Origin: Promethearchaeota archaeon
GTDB lineage: Archaea; Asgardarchaeota; Lokiarchaeia; Sigyniarchaeales; SOKP01
NCBI GenBank assembly: GCA_016839705.1
Contig: JAEOTR010000048.1
Location: forward strand, 1-64,000
Direction of reading: 5' to 3'
DNA length: 64,000 nt
The position numbers and the translations under genes are program-made. Below, piece after piece: positions 19,541 through 30,164 of the stretch; the stretch's first letter is position 1; every line of letters begins with the position of its first letter. The notes below the pieces were generated by a model. That model was not told where the DNA came from. It saw only the letters and a program-made list of their open reading frames with translations, and did not search any database.

Positions 19541-21338
19541 CCTCCATACTTTCTAACATTTCAAGATCTAAAACGCCATCAATTTGTGTTTCATAGAGAC
19601 GTTTATATATACCATTCTTAGAGAGCAGGTTATTATGTGTTCCTTGCTCTGCAATAGTTCCTTTATCCATTATTACAATCCAATCTGTAAATTTTATTGT
19701 TGAGAGACGTTGAGTAATAAAAATCGTAGTTCGGTTCTCCAACAAAGCTTCTAAAGCACCTTGGATTTTCCTCTCTGTTTTGACATCGACTGAAGAAAGC
19801 GCGTCATCAAAGATTACAATTAATGGATCCGCGAGAAGGGCACGTGCAATGGAAAGGCGTTGTCTTTGACCTCCACTTAGAGTTATTCCTCGTTCTCCAA
19901 TTATCGTATTGTATCCGTTAGGAAGACTTTCAATGAACTCGTGAATTTGAGATACTTTTGCCACTTGAATGATCTCTTTTTTTGTCGCCAGCGGATTTCC
20001 AAATGCAATATTTTCTCCGATACTCCTTGAGAAAAGAAATGTTTCTTGATCACAAAAACCTATTTTTTTTCGTATTGATTCTAATTTCAAATTCCGAACA
20101 TCTAACCCATCTATTTTTACTACCCCTTCCGTAACATCGTAGAACCTCGGGATCAAATTGATCAATGAACTCTTCCCAGAACCAGTACCACCCAAGAGGG
20201 CTATAGTGCTTCCCGCGGGTATTAATAATGTAATCTCTTCTAATACAGGCTCTTCCTTATAACCAAAACTCACATCTTCAAATTTAATTTCACCTTTTCC
20301 ATCATCTGGAAGGTTGATCGCACTTGGATCGTCCATTATTACGGGAATGCTTTCAATTACCTGAAAAATCCTTGCTCCAAGTGCCTGGCCTTGTCCTAAC
20401 ACAACACCAAGGCGGGTTATATGATTAATTGGCACAAAGAGACGTCCGGAGAGCATAATAGATGCGATAAGAAGCCCTGCTGTCATCTCGTTATTCATGA
20501 CTAAGGTTCCTCCTAACAATATTACGATTGAAACTAAAATTCCTCCAATTAAAAGCATTTGAGGCCAAATTGCTGCCTCATACTTATGTGCTTTAATCAT
20601 ATAATCTCGGTATTGAGAATTATCTCTATCAAATCTTATAAGATCTTTTTTTCTCGCGTCAAATACTCGTGAAACAATGGCTCCTGCGATATTTTCTTGA
20701 AGTACTTTGTTAAGCATGCCAATTTGTTTTCGAGCATCAAAATATAATGGCCAGAACTTTTTCTTAAAATTCCTTGTCGTAAACCACATTATCGGTAGAA
20801 AAAGTACACAGATGATTCCTATTAATAAATTAATACTAAATAACAGTGATAATAGTACAGTAAATTCGGATATCATTAACGTACCATTAATGGGTATTGC
20901 AAAGAAGAAATCTGCAACTATCCCTATGTCAGAGGTTGACCTGGAAATGATTTCGCCTGTACTATGCTCTCCAAAATATTTATGAGATTGTCTTTGAAGT
21001 GAGTCAAATACTTCTTCCCGGAGTTTTTTAAATATACCTTGATGTAAATTCCCTACAAAAAAAAACGCAAAACCTTGGGCAAGGAATCCAGATAATGCTA
21101 TAAAGATGAGAAGTAATAAGTATAACAAAACCTTTGTGCTAGCCATTTCAAGATTTTCCAGGCTAGCGTATATGACATCGAATGCGAGACCTGTAATATA
21201 TGGTGTAATTGACCATACAAGCCCCCAAATAGCTGTACATGATATTGTTAAAAGTAGGGTGCGCTTATTTAATGAAAAATGTCCGAATAATTTTCGAATA
21301 GTACTTTTTTCTCTACTATTATTTTTTACTTTTCTCAC
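19530..21338 (-). CDS. ABC exporter half-transporter (TMD+NBD), heterodimer subunit with degenerate site
   Basis: GGTGSGKSS and LSGGQ; Walker B FDDALS (E to D) and switch ITQRL (H to Q), as in TM287/288-type heterodimers. Overlaps the partner gene. Confidence 0.95.
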   Translation of the reverse strand: MRKVKNNSREKSTIRKLFGHFSLNKRTLLLTISCTAIWGLVWSITPYITGLAFDVIYASLENLEMASTKVLLYLLLLIFIALSGFLAQGFAFFFVGNLHQGIFKKLREEVFDSLQRQSHKYFGEHSTGEIISRSTSDIGIVADFFFAIPINGTLMISEFTVLLSLLFSINLLIGIICVLFLPIMWFTTRNFKKKFWPLYFDARKQIGMLNKVLQENIAGAIVSRVFDARKKDLIRFDRDNSQYRDYMIKAHKYEAAIWPQMLLIGGILVSIVILLGGTLVMNNEMTAGLLIASIMLSGRLFVPINHITRLGVVLGQGQALGARIFQVIESIPVIMDDPSAINLPDDGKGEIKFEDVSFGYKEEPVLEEITLLIPAGSTIALLGGTGSGKSSLINLIPRFYDVTEGVVKIDGLDVRNLKLESIRKKIGFCDQETFLFSRSIGENIAFGNPLATKKEIIQVAKVSQIHEFIESLPNGYNTIIGERGITLSGGQRQRLSIARALLADPLIVIFDDALSSVDVKTERKIQGALEALLENRTTIFITQRLSTIKFTDWIVIMDKGTIAEQGTHNNLLSKNGIYKRLYETQIDGVLDLEMLESMEDET

Positions 21339-21779
21339 CCTCTGTAAAGTTCAATTCTGAAGTGTACTATTTTTATTGCAGTGAAAGTAAGGTAAAATTT
21401 GGAAGTATTTTACATTTTATAATGGATCTATTAAGTAATATACTAGAACTACCAAATATTTAAATTTTTACATTTTTCCTTCGAGAGTGCATAGTTCCTT
21501 TATCATAGAACCGAAAACTTTAAATATTATTCGTCCCTATATTAAATTAAGGAAGTAATTTTATGTTTTATAACTAGCTGTTCTTATTCTCTTACCTTTT
21601 TAATCTCATTTGTTTCGTTTAAATTTCTTATTTAATTTAGATCTCAACTCTTAGGGAGTGTTCTATCAACGACATTATAAATTTCACGAATAGTATCATT
21701 TAAAAGGATGACACCAATCACCTAAGAAATAATAGAAAAATAAAAAATTAATAAAATAATATTTATAATTAGGTTTTCT

Positions 21780-22238
21780 TCAAACCTTGAGTTTCTCGCC
21801 CAGTTCTAAAGCCCACGCTTTAACTTTTTCAGTATTAGTATAATCAAAATTAGAATATCTACCACCAAAGGCTTCGGTTGCTACGGGATGAATATGGGGA
21901 TGTTTCGCTAGTTTCTTGTTGATAAACTTTGAAATAGCCTCATCATAACTCTCAGGAACTCCTGCCATTCCGGAGGATAGGAAAATAGCCACTTTTTTGT
22001 TATCAAAGTTTTTTTTTAAAAATTTCTTAGCTTTCCCATACCACATTCCCATTCTAATTCCGCTACCAATGATTATATTATCATACTGAGAAAGATCGGG
22101 TTTAGAATTCTTTTTAAGATTAACCAAATCTACGTCAAATCCATGTTGTTCTTGTAAAATTTGTTTTATAATCTCAGCGTTCTCTTCTGTTACACCTGAT
22201 TTGGTTACGTAGGCTATAAGAGTTTTATTCCCATTCAA
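21780..22238 (-). CDS. Flavodoxin-domain protein (HemG-like)
   Basis: LIAYVTKSGVTEENA, YDNIIIGSGIRMG, AFGGR. Confidence 0.85.
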   Translation of the reverse strand: MNGNKTLIAYVTKSGVTEENAEIIKQILQEQHGFDVDLVNLKKNSKPDLSQYDNIIIGSGIRMGMWYGKAKKFLKKNFDNKKVAIFLSSGMAGVPESYDEAISKFINKKLAKHPHIHPVATEAFGGRYSNFDYTNTEKVKAWALELGEKLKV

Positions 22239-22422
22239 ATAATATCACCAATTTTGTTAAATTAAAAAATCAATATTAATCAATAGGAGTCCAATTTCCC
22301 ATAACTCAACATTTTACAATATTTAAGAATATTTGCTAAATTGGGATCGAAATTATATACAAAAGTATCAAAATACATTTTGAATCATCATAAAATCAAA
22401 ATTTCAATAGGAGGTATTGTAA

Positions 22423-23406
22423 ATGGAAAAAGAGAGAATGTTTAAAATTTTAATCGGTTTGAAGATTACTATAATAGTAATAGCCTTAATTTTAGTAATA
22501 TTAAATATTAATGTCATTTCTGTTATTCATGCTCGGGAGAGTGAATCCTTACCTGTCATAAAGTATGAAACATATACCTCAATGGAGTTATCATTATTCT
22601 ATTTTATAATAATATTGGCAGCAATTAATATTATCTTAATAATTTTTAAACGCTTTGAACAGATAAGACCTTATTTTTTTGCGTTAACACCAATAATCTT
22701 GATTATTTTACTTATTTTCTTAAACCTAAATCCTCATTCAATAATAATTAATCCTACAGGATGGCCACCAACCCAATTAGATGTTTTAGAAATTGGGGCA
22801 ATCTTTGCAATTATTCTACAAATCTTTCTAGCGATTGATTCGATTGTAATGCTTTATAGAGAAGGCTTCTTGAAAAAATATTTTTATTTCATAGTAATAT
22901 TGATTGCAGCATTTTTATTGAGTGATCTTATACATGAGGGTGGTCATGCTTTTTTTATTTTAATTTCTGGTGGGAATATAACTCAATTTTATCCATTTCC
23001 TGTTATAATGGGCGGAGAGTTCAATGCAGGTTTTGTTAGTTATAGTAATGTCCCTTCAAGTTTTGTACCTTTAGTTTTGCTAGGAGGTGAAATTTTTCAA
23101 TGGCTTACATTGGGGATTGTTACAGGGATTCTATATTTACGCAAACCAAAAAAACCCCTGAAGTTCTTATTAGCAATTTTACTAATTCTATCAATATTGG
23201 ATTTTCCGTTATATGCTATAAATAATTCTATGGGCTTTCCACATTGGTTTTTAATCGGTAGCACAAATGGAGATATAATCATGTTTTCAGCTTTAACTGA
23301 ATTTCCATTATTGATATTATTAATTGTAGCTGTTATTCAATTGATTTTAGGAGTATTACTTCTTTATTATTTAATATATAAACAAAGGAATCACTTTTTT
23401 GATTAA
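22423..23406 (+). CDS. Membrane protein with M50-like zinc metallopeptidase motif
   Basis: IHEGGH in TM context; downstream LGG and NGDI. Confidence 0.7.
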   Translation: MEKERMFKILIGLKITIIVIALILVILNINVISVIHARESESLPVIKYETYTSMELSLFYFIIILAAINIILIIFKRFEQIRPYFFALTPIILIILLIFLNLNPHSIIINPTGWPPTQLDVLEIGAIFAIILQIFLAIDSIVMLYREGFLKKYFYFIVILIAAFLLSDLIHEGGHAFFILISGGNITQFYPFPVIMGGEFNAGFVSYSNVPSSFVPLVLLGGEIFQWLTLGIVTGILYLRKPKKPLKFLLAILLILSILDFPLYAINNSMGFPHWFLIGSTNGDIIMFSALTEFPLLILLIVAVIQLILGVLLLYYLIYKQRNHFFD

Positions 23407-23450
23407 ATTACTCTACTCTTCTATAAAATTCAGTTTAATCATCAAAAATT

Positions 23451-24296
23451 TTATTCTTCATAGAGCTTTATATCTTCCAAGATATTTCCTATCTTAGAAA
23501 AAACACCTGTTATTAAGCTTAATTCTTTTCTCGACATAATTGCTCGTTCAAAAACATTTCTAAATGCAAAATATACGTTTTCTTTCTTATGGTTTCTAAT
23601 TTTTAATTTCTCAATTAGTTTTTCAACAATTTTTAAAAGAATCTGGCGATTTTCTCGGTTTGCTAACAAGACTGGATTTTTTCCTCTTCCTATGTTTACC
23701 ATATTTACTTTCTTAAATATTTCATATAAAATAATACCACAAGCATGAGATATATTTAGTGTTGGGTATGAAGATCCAGTGGGTATCCTTAGAATTATAT
23801 CGGCAAGACTGATCTCCTCGTTATCCAACCCCCGAGATTCTCTTCCAAATAAAATAGCAACTTGTAAAGGTCTTGTGGAAGATGGAAAAGTAAAGTTTTC
23901 AGGAAAAATAGCTAATCTTTGGATATTAGAAAATCTCTTTCCTTTAGAAGTTGTAGCAAGAATTATGTCAAAATCTTTAAGGTAGTTCTTAAGTTTATTA
24001 ACATGATTGTTCTGTTCCTTTAGTTCTATTACATCTGCATTCAACAGAATATCTTTTCCATGCATCGCAAATCCATGAGTTCTATGAATGAATATATTCT
24101 CTGATCTCTCAATAGGATTGAAGATCACAAGCTTTTCAAAATCAAAATTAGCCATAACCCGGGCTATGGATCCTATATTGGCAGCATGTTCAGGACGAAT
24201 CAAAATAACTGTGAAATCTAAGTTTTTAAACTCATCAGCTCTTTGCGTTTCTTGATATAATTCCAAATCTCGTTTAAATTTCTTTTTGTTCGACAT
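23451..24296 (-). CDS. trmJ: SPOUT RNA methyltransferase, TrmJ/LasT family
   Basis: PEHAANIGSIARVMANF, LFGRESRGL, IPTGSSYPTLNISHA. Confidence 0.9.
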   Translation of the reverse strand: MSNKKKFKRDLELYQETQRADEFKNLDFTVILIRPEHAANIGSIARVMANFDFEKLVIFNPIERSENIFIHRTHGFAMHGKDILLNADVIELKEQNNHVNKLKNYLKDFDIILATTSKGKRFSNIQRLAIFPENFTFPSSTRPLQVAILFGRESRGLDNEEISLADIILRIPTGSSYPTLNISHACGIILYEIFKKVNMVNIGRGKNPVLLANRENRQILLKIVEKLIEKLKIRNHKKENVYFAFRNVFERAIMSRKELSLITGVFSKIGNILEDIKLYEE

Positions 24297-24432
24297 AGTT
24301 TTACCCTTTTTCCATTATATAGATAGAATTTCAATTTAAATAAATAAAGATATAGGTAAAATATTTATTTAAGTTTAAAGTTTTAAATGAAAGAAAAAAT
24401 AAAAAAGGAAGTTATGAAGTGTATTGAAAAAC

Positions 24433-25086
24433 TTACTTAAGCGGGGAATATGGGAGTGTATAAATAGCAACTATTCTTTCTTTAATAGCATTATCTCGAA
24501 GGTCTCGAACCCATTGTGAAGCTTGAGTAAAAGGTCTATAAGCCATATTTTCAGTCTTCCAAAGTATATCACCCTTCCATAAATCGATTACTTCATTTGG
24601 ATTTCCTGCAATTGGGCGCCAACAGGCGATAATCGGAATCGTTTTATATCCTGAAGCTACCCCTTCAAGAAAGATAGGCATTCTACCTGGATTCACGTTA
24701 AGAATCGCCATGCTATAAGCTTTAAGAGGGTTTTTCTGACTATCCTCAATTGCTTTATGTAAGATCTCTGGAGGTACTGCACCTGTTGGCTCAAGTAGGC
24801 GAGTTCGACGTTCAGGAGCAAAAACCTCCAATTGAGCCATATACTCACCCCATCTTTTATCTTGACTAGCATTAATCCGAAAATTCTTCAAGGCTTGCAT
24901 ATCATCAAATTCAATAATTTGGATTGTTTGAAATGCCCATTCATAATACCCATTCCAAGCAGCTACTAAACGTGCTCCAAGATCCTTACATGTAGGCACC
25001 AGCAATTCTTGAGCGATCTTAATATACTCGTCCCGAATATCAGGACTCGCCGGTGTAATATTTAAAGTTTGTTCTAAATAAATCAT
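24433..25086 (-). CDS. Two-domain NIPSNAP family protein
   Basis: MIYLEQTL..., GARLVAAW, C-terminal LPYSPLK; tandem paralogue of 25240-25884. Confidence 0.75.
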   Translation of the reverse strand: MIYLEQTLNITPASPDIRDEYIKIAQELLVPTCKDLGARLVAAWNGYYEWAFQTIQIIEFDDMQALKNFRINASQDKRWGEYMAQLEVFAPERRTRLLEPTGAVPPEILHKAIEDSQKNPLKAYSMAILNVNPGRMPIFLEGVASGYKTIPIIACWRPIAGNPNEVIDLWKGDILWKTENMAYRPFTQASQWVRDLRDNAIKERIVAIYTLPYSPLK

Positions 25087-25239
25087 CTTTCAAATCTACC
25101 TTTACTTTAAGAAATTAAAAAGTATATAATTATATCTGATTCAAAGAAAGGTGATTATTAAAGTTTCTATAGATTTCATTTTTAAAAAATTAAAGGATAA
25201 TCTTAAATAAAGAACAATTGAGATATTAGTTAAATAAAA

Positions 25240-25884
25240 CTATTTTAATGCAGAATATGGGAGAGGGAATATTTGTACTAAACGCTCTTTTGGTGCCAAT
25301 TCTCGAAGCCTTCGAAACCATTCTTTCAACCCTTCAATAGCAGGTTCATATTCTTTTGGTATTAAAGATCCTTTCCATAAATCATTTACTTCATTTGGAT
25401 TTCCAGCAATTGGACGCCAACTGGCAATAACAGGTTCATTTTTTGACAAATTTTTAACAAATTCAACAAATTCAGGCATTTTATTTGGAGTAACCTCAAG
25501 GGTTGCGAAACTATAAACCTTTAATGCTGTCTCCTGACTTTCCTCGATTGCTTTGTGGAGTGTTGCAGGCGGAATTGCCCCTATTGGCTCAAATAATCGA
25601 GAGCGACGTTCCGGAGCGAATATTTCTAATTGTGTGATATATTCACCCCATTGCTGATCTTTATTAGATTTAATTCGGAATTCTTTTAAGGCTTCGAAAT
25701 CACTAAATTCAAAAACATGATTAACCTGATAGTACCATTCATAAGTACTAAACCAGGCAACTACCATTCGTACTCCTAAACGCTCACATACAGGTATTAA
25801 TAGATTTTGACCAACCTCTACAAAAAAATCGAGAGTTTCTGGAGTAGCCGGTGTCAAATTCAAAATTTCTTGTAGGTAAATCAT
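25240..25884 (-). CDS. Two-domain NIPSNAP family protein
   Basis: Shares WGEY..QLE.FAPERR, WRPIAGNPNEV.DLWKG and LPYS.LK with its neighbour. Confidence 0.75.
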   Translation of the reverse strand: MIYLQEILNLTPATPETLDFFVEVGQNLLIPVCERLGVRMVVAWFSTYEWYYQVNHVFEFSDFEALKEFRIKSNKDQQWGEYITQLEIFAPERRSRLFEPIGAIPPATLHKAIEESQETALKVYSFATLEVTPNKMPEFVEFVKNLSKNEPVIASWRPIAGNPNEVNDLWKGSLIPKEYEPAIEGLKEWFRRLRELAPKERLVQIFPLPYSALK

Positions 25885-26015
25885 AATTCAAATCACGTTC
25901 TATTTTAATAGTCTAATTCTTTACAGCCATTTTAATATTAAGGATTTTATAGTAATTGAAAGATATAAATATCTTTAGTATCATTAAATAGTTAAATCAA
26001 ATGGGAATTAATTAA

Positions 26016-26609
26016 ATGCCAGTATATAGAAATATCGGCGAATTTCTCGAGTTTATTAATATTAGTAATGATGAGTTCACTATATTCGAATGGAAACCAC
26101 CCAAATCTTTTAGAAGATTTGATCTAGATTTAAATATTGTTAAAGAAAATCCTCTTAGTGATATTTTTTTCCATAAAGACAAGGGTAATATGAAGATTGT
26201 TCACATTAGGAATAATAACCTTATATATACTGTTGGAGCTAGTATAAAAGTACAATTCCAATTATTAGAAGCTTTATTGGAGCATGTAAGTTTTAAATTC
26301 CACGAAACTTACGATATAGATGTTATTTTATCCTACAGCAACTTTAATCCTAATATTTTTAATAATTTTAAAGAAATGATTGAAGATATTATAAAAAATT
26401 TTGCCGATTTAGATCTAGTCAAGAGAATCCAAGTTGAGTGTAGGGTTTGTCGAACTGTTCTTCCATTATTTGTAAAAAGGAGTTTTATTCAAAACGCAGA
26501 ATCTTATCCCGTTCCTATTGTATATGTTCATGAGGGTCACGCTATACTATGTTTTATCGATCAAAATTTTCAACACCGTGGCGTAGAGCTTGTGAATATA
26601 ACAGGATAA
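26016..26609 (+). CDS. Hypothetical protein: longin-like N-terminal region and C-terminal CxxC/HxxH zinc-binding domain
   Basis: MKIVHIRNNNLIYTVGAS...LLEALLEHVSFKFHETY; ECRVC...HEGHAILCFIDQNF. Confidence 0.6.
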   Translation: MPVYRNIGEFLEFINISNDEFTIFEWKPPKSFRRFDLDLNIVKENPLSDIFFHKDKGNMKIVHIRNNNLIYTVGASIKVQFQLLEALLEHVSFKFHETYDIDVILSYSNFNPNIFNNFKEMIEDIIKNFADLDLVKRIQVECRVCRTVLPLFVKRSFIQNAESYPVPIVYVHEGHAILCFIDQNFQHRGVELVNITG

Positions 26610-26757
26610 TAATAAACTAGATAATTTCCGGAGAAAATTGGCCTAAATCTAGCTTAAATGTCAAACACTTTGTAGTTTTATTATTTTAATTATAAAAAAG
26701 TAGAATCTATCATAAAGATAAGAAACAAATATAAAATTCATACTCTTTTTAATTATT

Positions 26758-27801
26758 ATGGAAGAAGATCAGAAATCTGAGGATGGCCCTTTTTTTGAAG
26801 ATATTATAAAAAAAACCAAAACAGGAATAACTTTTCCAAGAAATCTCAGAGAATTATTATTTGAGGAAGACTCGGAAGTCTTTTTTAAAATTGTTGTTCC
26901 TCCCGAAAAAGATAGAATAATTTTAGAATTTTTAAGCGAAGAACAAGTAAAAGAGCTTTCTAAAGAATTAAAAACTAGAAAACCAAAGACTGAAAAAGTC
27001 CCAAGAGCACAAAAAGAAGCTAAGCAAAAAAAACCTGCCCAAGTTAGTCCTGCATGGGGGGAGTATTTTATATATGATTTTGAGGCTAAGAATAAGATTT
27101 TACCTATATTAGAATCAGCATTTTACAAATTTGCTGAAACTCCTGTCAATTTAGAGGATGCTATGGGAAGAGTCAAATATGCTCTAGTTTCTTTTCTTAG
27201 TTCAACAAAAACTGAAAACGCAAAATTATATTTTTCTGTAGAAAAGTTCTTGATTGATGTAATTGATAAATTTAACCAGCCCAATTTATTAGATTGGATT
27301 TTTGAGAAGATTATTCCCAACATTGATAGTAAGTTTCTTTATGAACAAGCTTTATTAGCACTGGTGGAAGCTAGCTTGAAATTTAGGAGATGGGAAAAAG
27401 CAGAATTATATATTTTCTATGTCTTAAAAAATATTGATAATTATTCGAAATCAGAAATGTATAATATTATGAATTCTTTTAAAATGCTTGTTAAAAGTGT
27501 AAAATGGTCTGAAAGAACAGATAAAATCGATGTTCTACTTAAGGAGAAATTGATGGAGTATGAAGCAGGACTGGAAGAAATTAGTTATAAGATTCAAATT
27601 ATTGAATTTTTTGAAGATTTGCAATACATAGAATTAGCATATGAACGAGCAAAAAATATCCAATTGAACTTACCTCCAGATAGTATAAAACTTGAGGATG
27701 TCCGAAAGTTAGTTAGAAGGCTACACACAACACCCATAGGAGAGAATAAACCACAGTCAAGTATTGATTTCGATTTAGAAGATGAAAGTAAGGAAAATTA
27801 A
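26758..27801 (+). CDS. Hypothetical protein: AbrB/SpoVT-like N-terminus and helical solenoid
   Basis: KTGITFPRNLRELL...VFFKIVV..DRIILE resembles an AbrB swapped hairpin; the remainder is alpha-helical. Confidence 0.55.
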   Translation: MEEDQKSEDGPFFEDIIKKTKTGITFPRNLRELLFEEDSEVFFKIVVPPEKDRIILEFLSEEQVKELSKELKTRKPKTEKVPRAQKEAKQKKPAQVSPAWGEYFIYDFEAKNKILPILESAFYKFAETPVNLEDAMGRVKYALVSFLSSTKTENAKLYFSVEKFLIDVIDKFNQPNLLDWIFEKIIPNIDSKFLYEQALLALVEASLKFRRWEKAELYIFYVLKNIDNYSKSEMYNIMNSFKMLVKSVKWSERTDKIDVLLKEKLMEYEAGLEEISYKIQIIEFFEDLQYIELAYERAKNIQLNLPPDSIKLEDVRKLVRRLHTTPIGENKPQSSIDFDLEDESKEN

Positions 27802-29058
27802 TTATTCATCACTTTCTTTATCCTTCTTCTTATCGTTTAATTCTCTTAATTCATCATCGACTCTTTTAGCTTCCTCTTCTAAAATTTTTTGTTCCTTCTG
27901 TTTAATAACCTTTTGTTTTATTTCTAGTTCTACTTGAGATAATTCTTTTTCCTTTTCAATTAACTCTTCTTTAATTTTTAGTGTCTTTTCTTTTTCTATA
28001 ATTTCTCTTTCTTCCAGTTCTTTTTCTTTCTCTTCTAATTCGAGTTTTTTCTTTTTAATTTCCAAATCTTTTTTCTGTAATTCTAATTCTTTATCTAAAA
28101 TTTCAGAAGCTTCTTTCTTTAACTTCTTTGGTACTTTTTTCTTTGGGACCTTCTCTATTAATATTTCCTCTTCGGTTAGTTTTGTCTCCTCTTCAAGAAG
28201 TTCCTCCTTTAATTTTAATACTTTTTCTTTCTCCAAGATAGTTTTTTCCTCTAATTTCTTTTCTTTTTCTTCCAGCTCCAACTTTTTCTTTTTGATCTCT
28301 AACTCTTTTTTTTTTAATTCTAATTCTTTATCTGTAAGTTCAGATTCTTCTTTCTCTAAATCAGATTCCTTTTTCTCTTCTGTAGCTTCTACAATTTCCT
28401 CAATTTTATCAATCGTTACAAAAGATTTTATAATATCATCCACAGAATTCTTTAGTTCATCAATTTCTAAATATTGCGAATTCTCTTTAACAAAATCAGT
28501 CAAAATTTTTGTCACTATTGAGTGAGATTTATTTCCTATTGCTTTTAAAGTCTGGATTGCCTTTTCTACAACAAAATCTTTCTCATCTATCAATTTTTGT
28601 GCGATACTCCTAATTAAAGACTCATTATCAATAGCAATATCTCCTCCGGCCATATAGATTAAAAGTTGTAAATCTGCTTCTCGTACATTTGGGTCATCCG
28701 AGTTTAGTAAATCCTCACTATACGGGAGAAATAGATCATACTCATTTTCACACATTGTTTTTAATAATAACAGAAAAGTATATCTCAATACTGAATCTTT
28801 TTTCGAAAGGTTTTCCAAGAGTGACGGAATATCGATCACAAGATTTTCAATTAAAAACCTCAATACAATTCTTCCACCATGAAGCGATAATAGCAGTTCA
28901 ATTATATTTTCTAGCCGGTCTATATAATTTTCATCAGTAGAGTCGCCAAGATAGAGGGCTATTAATTTAACGGCATCATCAATTCTACTATCTTTTACAA
29001 ATTCTTTTATTGAATTAATTTCTATAAGTTCTTTTTCATTTTCTTCCATTTTCATCAC
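27802..29058 (-). CDS. HEAT-repeat protein with long E/K-rich coiled-coil tail
   Basis: LLNSDDPNVREA, KLIDEKDFVVEKAIQTLKAI; C-terminal half consists of ELELKKK-type repeats. Confidence 0.8.
   Translation of the reverse strand: MMKMEENEKELIEINSIKEFVKDSRIDDAVKLIALYLGDSTDENYIDRLENIIELLLSLHGGRIVLRFLIENLVIDIPSLLENLSKKDSVLRYTFLLLLKTMCENEYDLFLPYSEDLLNSDDPNVREADLQLLIYMAGGDIAIDNESLIRSIAQKLIDEKDFVVEKAIQTLKAIGNKSHSIVTKILTDFVKENSQYLEIDELKNSVDDIIKSFVTIDKIEEIVEATEEKKESDLEKEESELTDKELELKKKELEIKKKKLELEEKEKKLEEKTILEKEKVLKLKEELLEEETKLTEEEILIEKVPKKKVPKKLKKEASEILDKELELQKKDLEIKKKKLELEEKEKELEEREIIEKEKTLKIKEELIEKEKELSQVELEIKQKVIKQKEQKILEEEAKRVDDELRELNDKKKDKESDE
27945..28341 (-). repeat. Internal ~52-aa duplication within the coiled coil (79-aa spacing)
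   Basis: ELTDKELELKKKELEIKKKKLELEEKEKKLEEKTILEKEK vs EILDKELELQKKDLEIKKKKLELEEKEKELEEREIIEKEK. Confidence 0.8.
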
Positions 29059-29070
29059 ATTTTTTCCAAA

Positions 29071-30051
29071 TCATTCAACCCAAATTATATAAAAGTCACT
29101 ATAAATCCGGATTATAAAATCTAATATTCGTCTTAAATCCCTAAACCTAAGGGGTACTCTTTTCTCATCTTCAGAATAGTTACTTGTTAGAAGTGAGATA
29201 GATAAAGCAATTTCCAAATTTTGATTTTTATCCATTTGGAGATGAATTTCATCGCAGTACTGAGTTAATGCATTTAAATCTTCCCAAAATGTATTCCAAA
29301 AATAGACATCTGCTTTAGAGTCGTTGATTTCAGCTGCCTCACTTTTTACATTTGTTAGAACATCAAAAGGGATTTTTACAGTTATTTCTATATGTTTAGA
29401 TCCATGTAACCTTAAATTTACTTCGGGAAAATAGATACCTGCATAAAGCTTACATAGACTATACAACATCTCAAGACTAACAATATTTTCGCGATTAGCA
29501 TTACAAAGAACATAACCTTCATTTAAAAAGATAACATGGATTTTATCTTCGAATTTAAAGAAGAAATAATTTTCGGTTAAAAGATATTTAAAATTTTCAT
29601 TTCGATTGTTAATTCTATCATCAAAAATCTTCTTAGCTTCTGCCCAATTTTGAAAGGAAATAAACTTGTTTAATTTTCGATAATCTCCATGAAAAAAAAT
29701 ATCTAAAAAATCAACTAAATATAAATAAGCATCATATGGTCTATATACAACTGTTTTACTTCTAAAATGTCTCTCAACTACGCCTTTATGAACACTGTAA
29801 CAGAATTGTGGTAAATCTTCTATCGTTAAATTATTTTTAATTCTCAATCTAAGTAAGAATCTTCTTGAACACATAGGAGTTAAGGTACACACTATTCTAT
29901 CGCGCTCACATTCGTCAAAACATAAATTTTTGATTCTTTTATCAAGCAAATCAAGTAATTCTGATTTATCTTTTACCTCAGCTTCACTTTCCAGAAATTT
30001 TAAATAGTGTTTTGGTTCTAGGGGCATATTAATGAATTTCTTAATTTCCAT
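29071..30051 (-). CDS. Hypothetical protein with N-terminal Cys cluster
   Basis: CFDECERDRIVCTLTPMC...FCYSVH; 12 bp from the downstream gene, so probably co-transcribed. Confidence 0.75.
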   Translation of the reverse strand: MEIKKFINMPLEPKHYLKFLESEAEVKDKSELLDLLDKRIKNLCFDECERDRIVCTLTPMCSRRFLLRLRIKNNLTIEDLPQFCYSVHKGVVERHFRSKTVVYRPYDAYLYLVDFLDIFFHGDYRKLNKFISFQNWAEAKKIFDDRINNRNENFKYLLTENYFFFKFEDKIHVIFLNEGYVLCNANRENIVSLEMLYSLCKLYAGIYFPEVNLRLHGSKHIEITVKIPFDVLTNVKSEAAEINDSKADVYFWNTFWEDLNALTQYCDEIHLQMDKNQNLEIALSISLLTSNYSEDEKRVPLRFRDLRRILDFIIRIYSDFYIIWVE

Positions 30052-30164
30052 TTAGTCTATCTAAATCTAAGAAGAAAAAAATTTGTAATCTAATATTTTT
30101 TGTGATTTTTTTAATTAGATAAATTCTAAAGAATTATTAATTAGTATTTCTTCTTCTTTTATTA

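Noticed and set aside
17753-21338. Degenerate ABC motifs as pseudogenisation or novelty
   Set aside because: This is the standard asymmetry of heterodimeric exporters.
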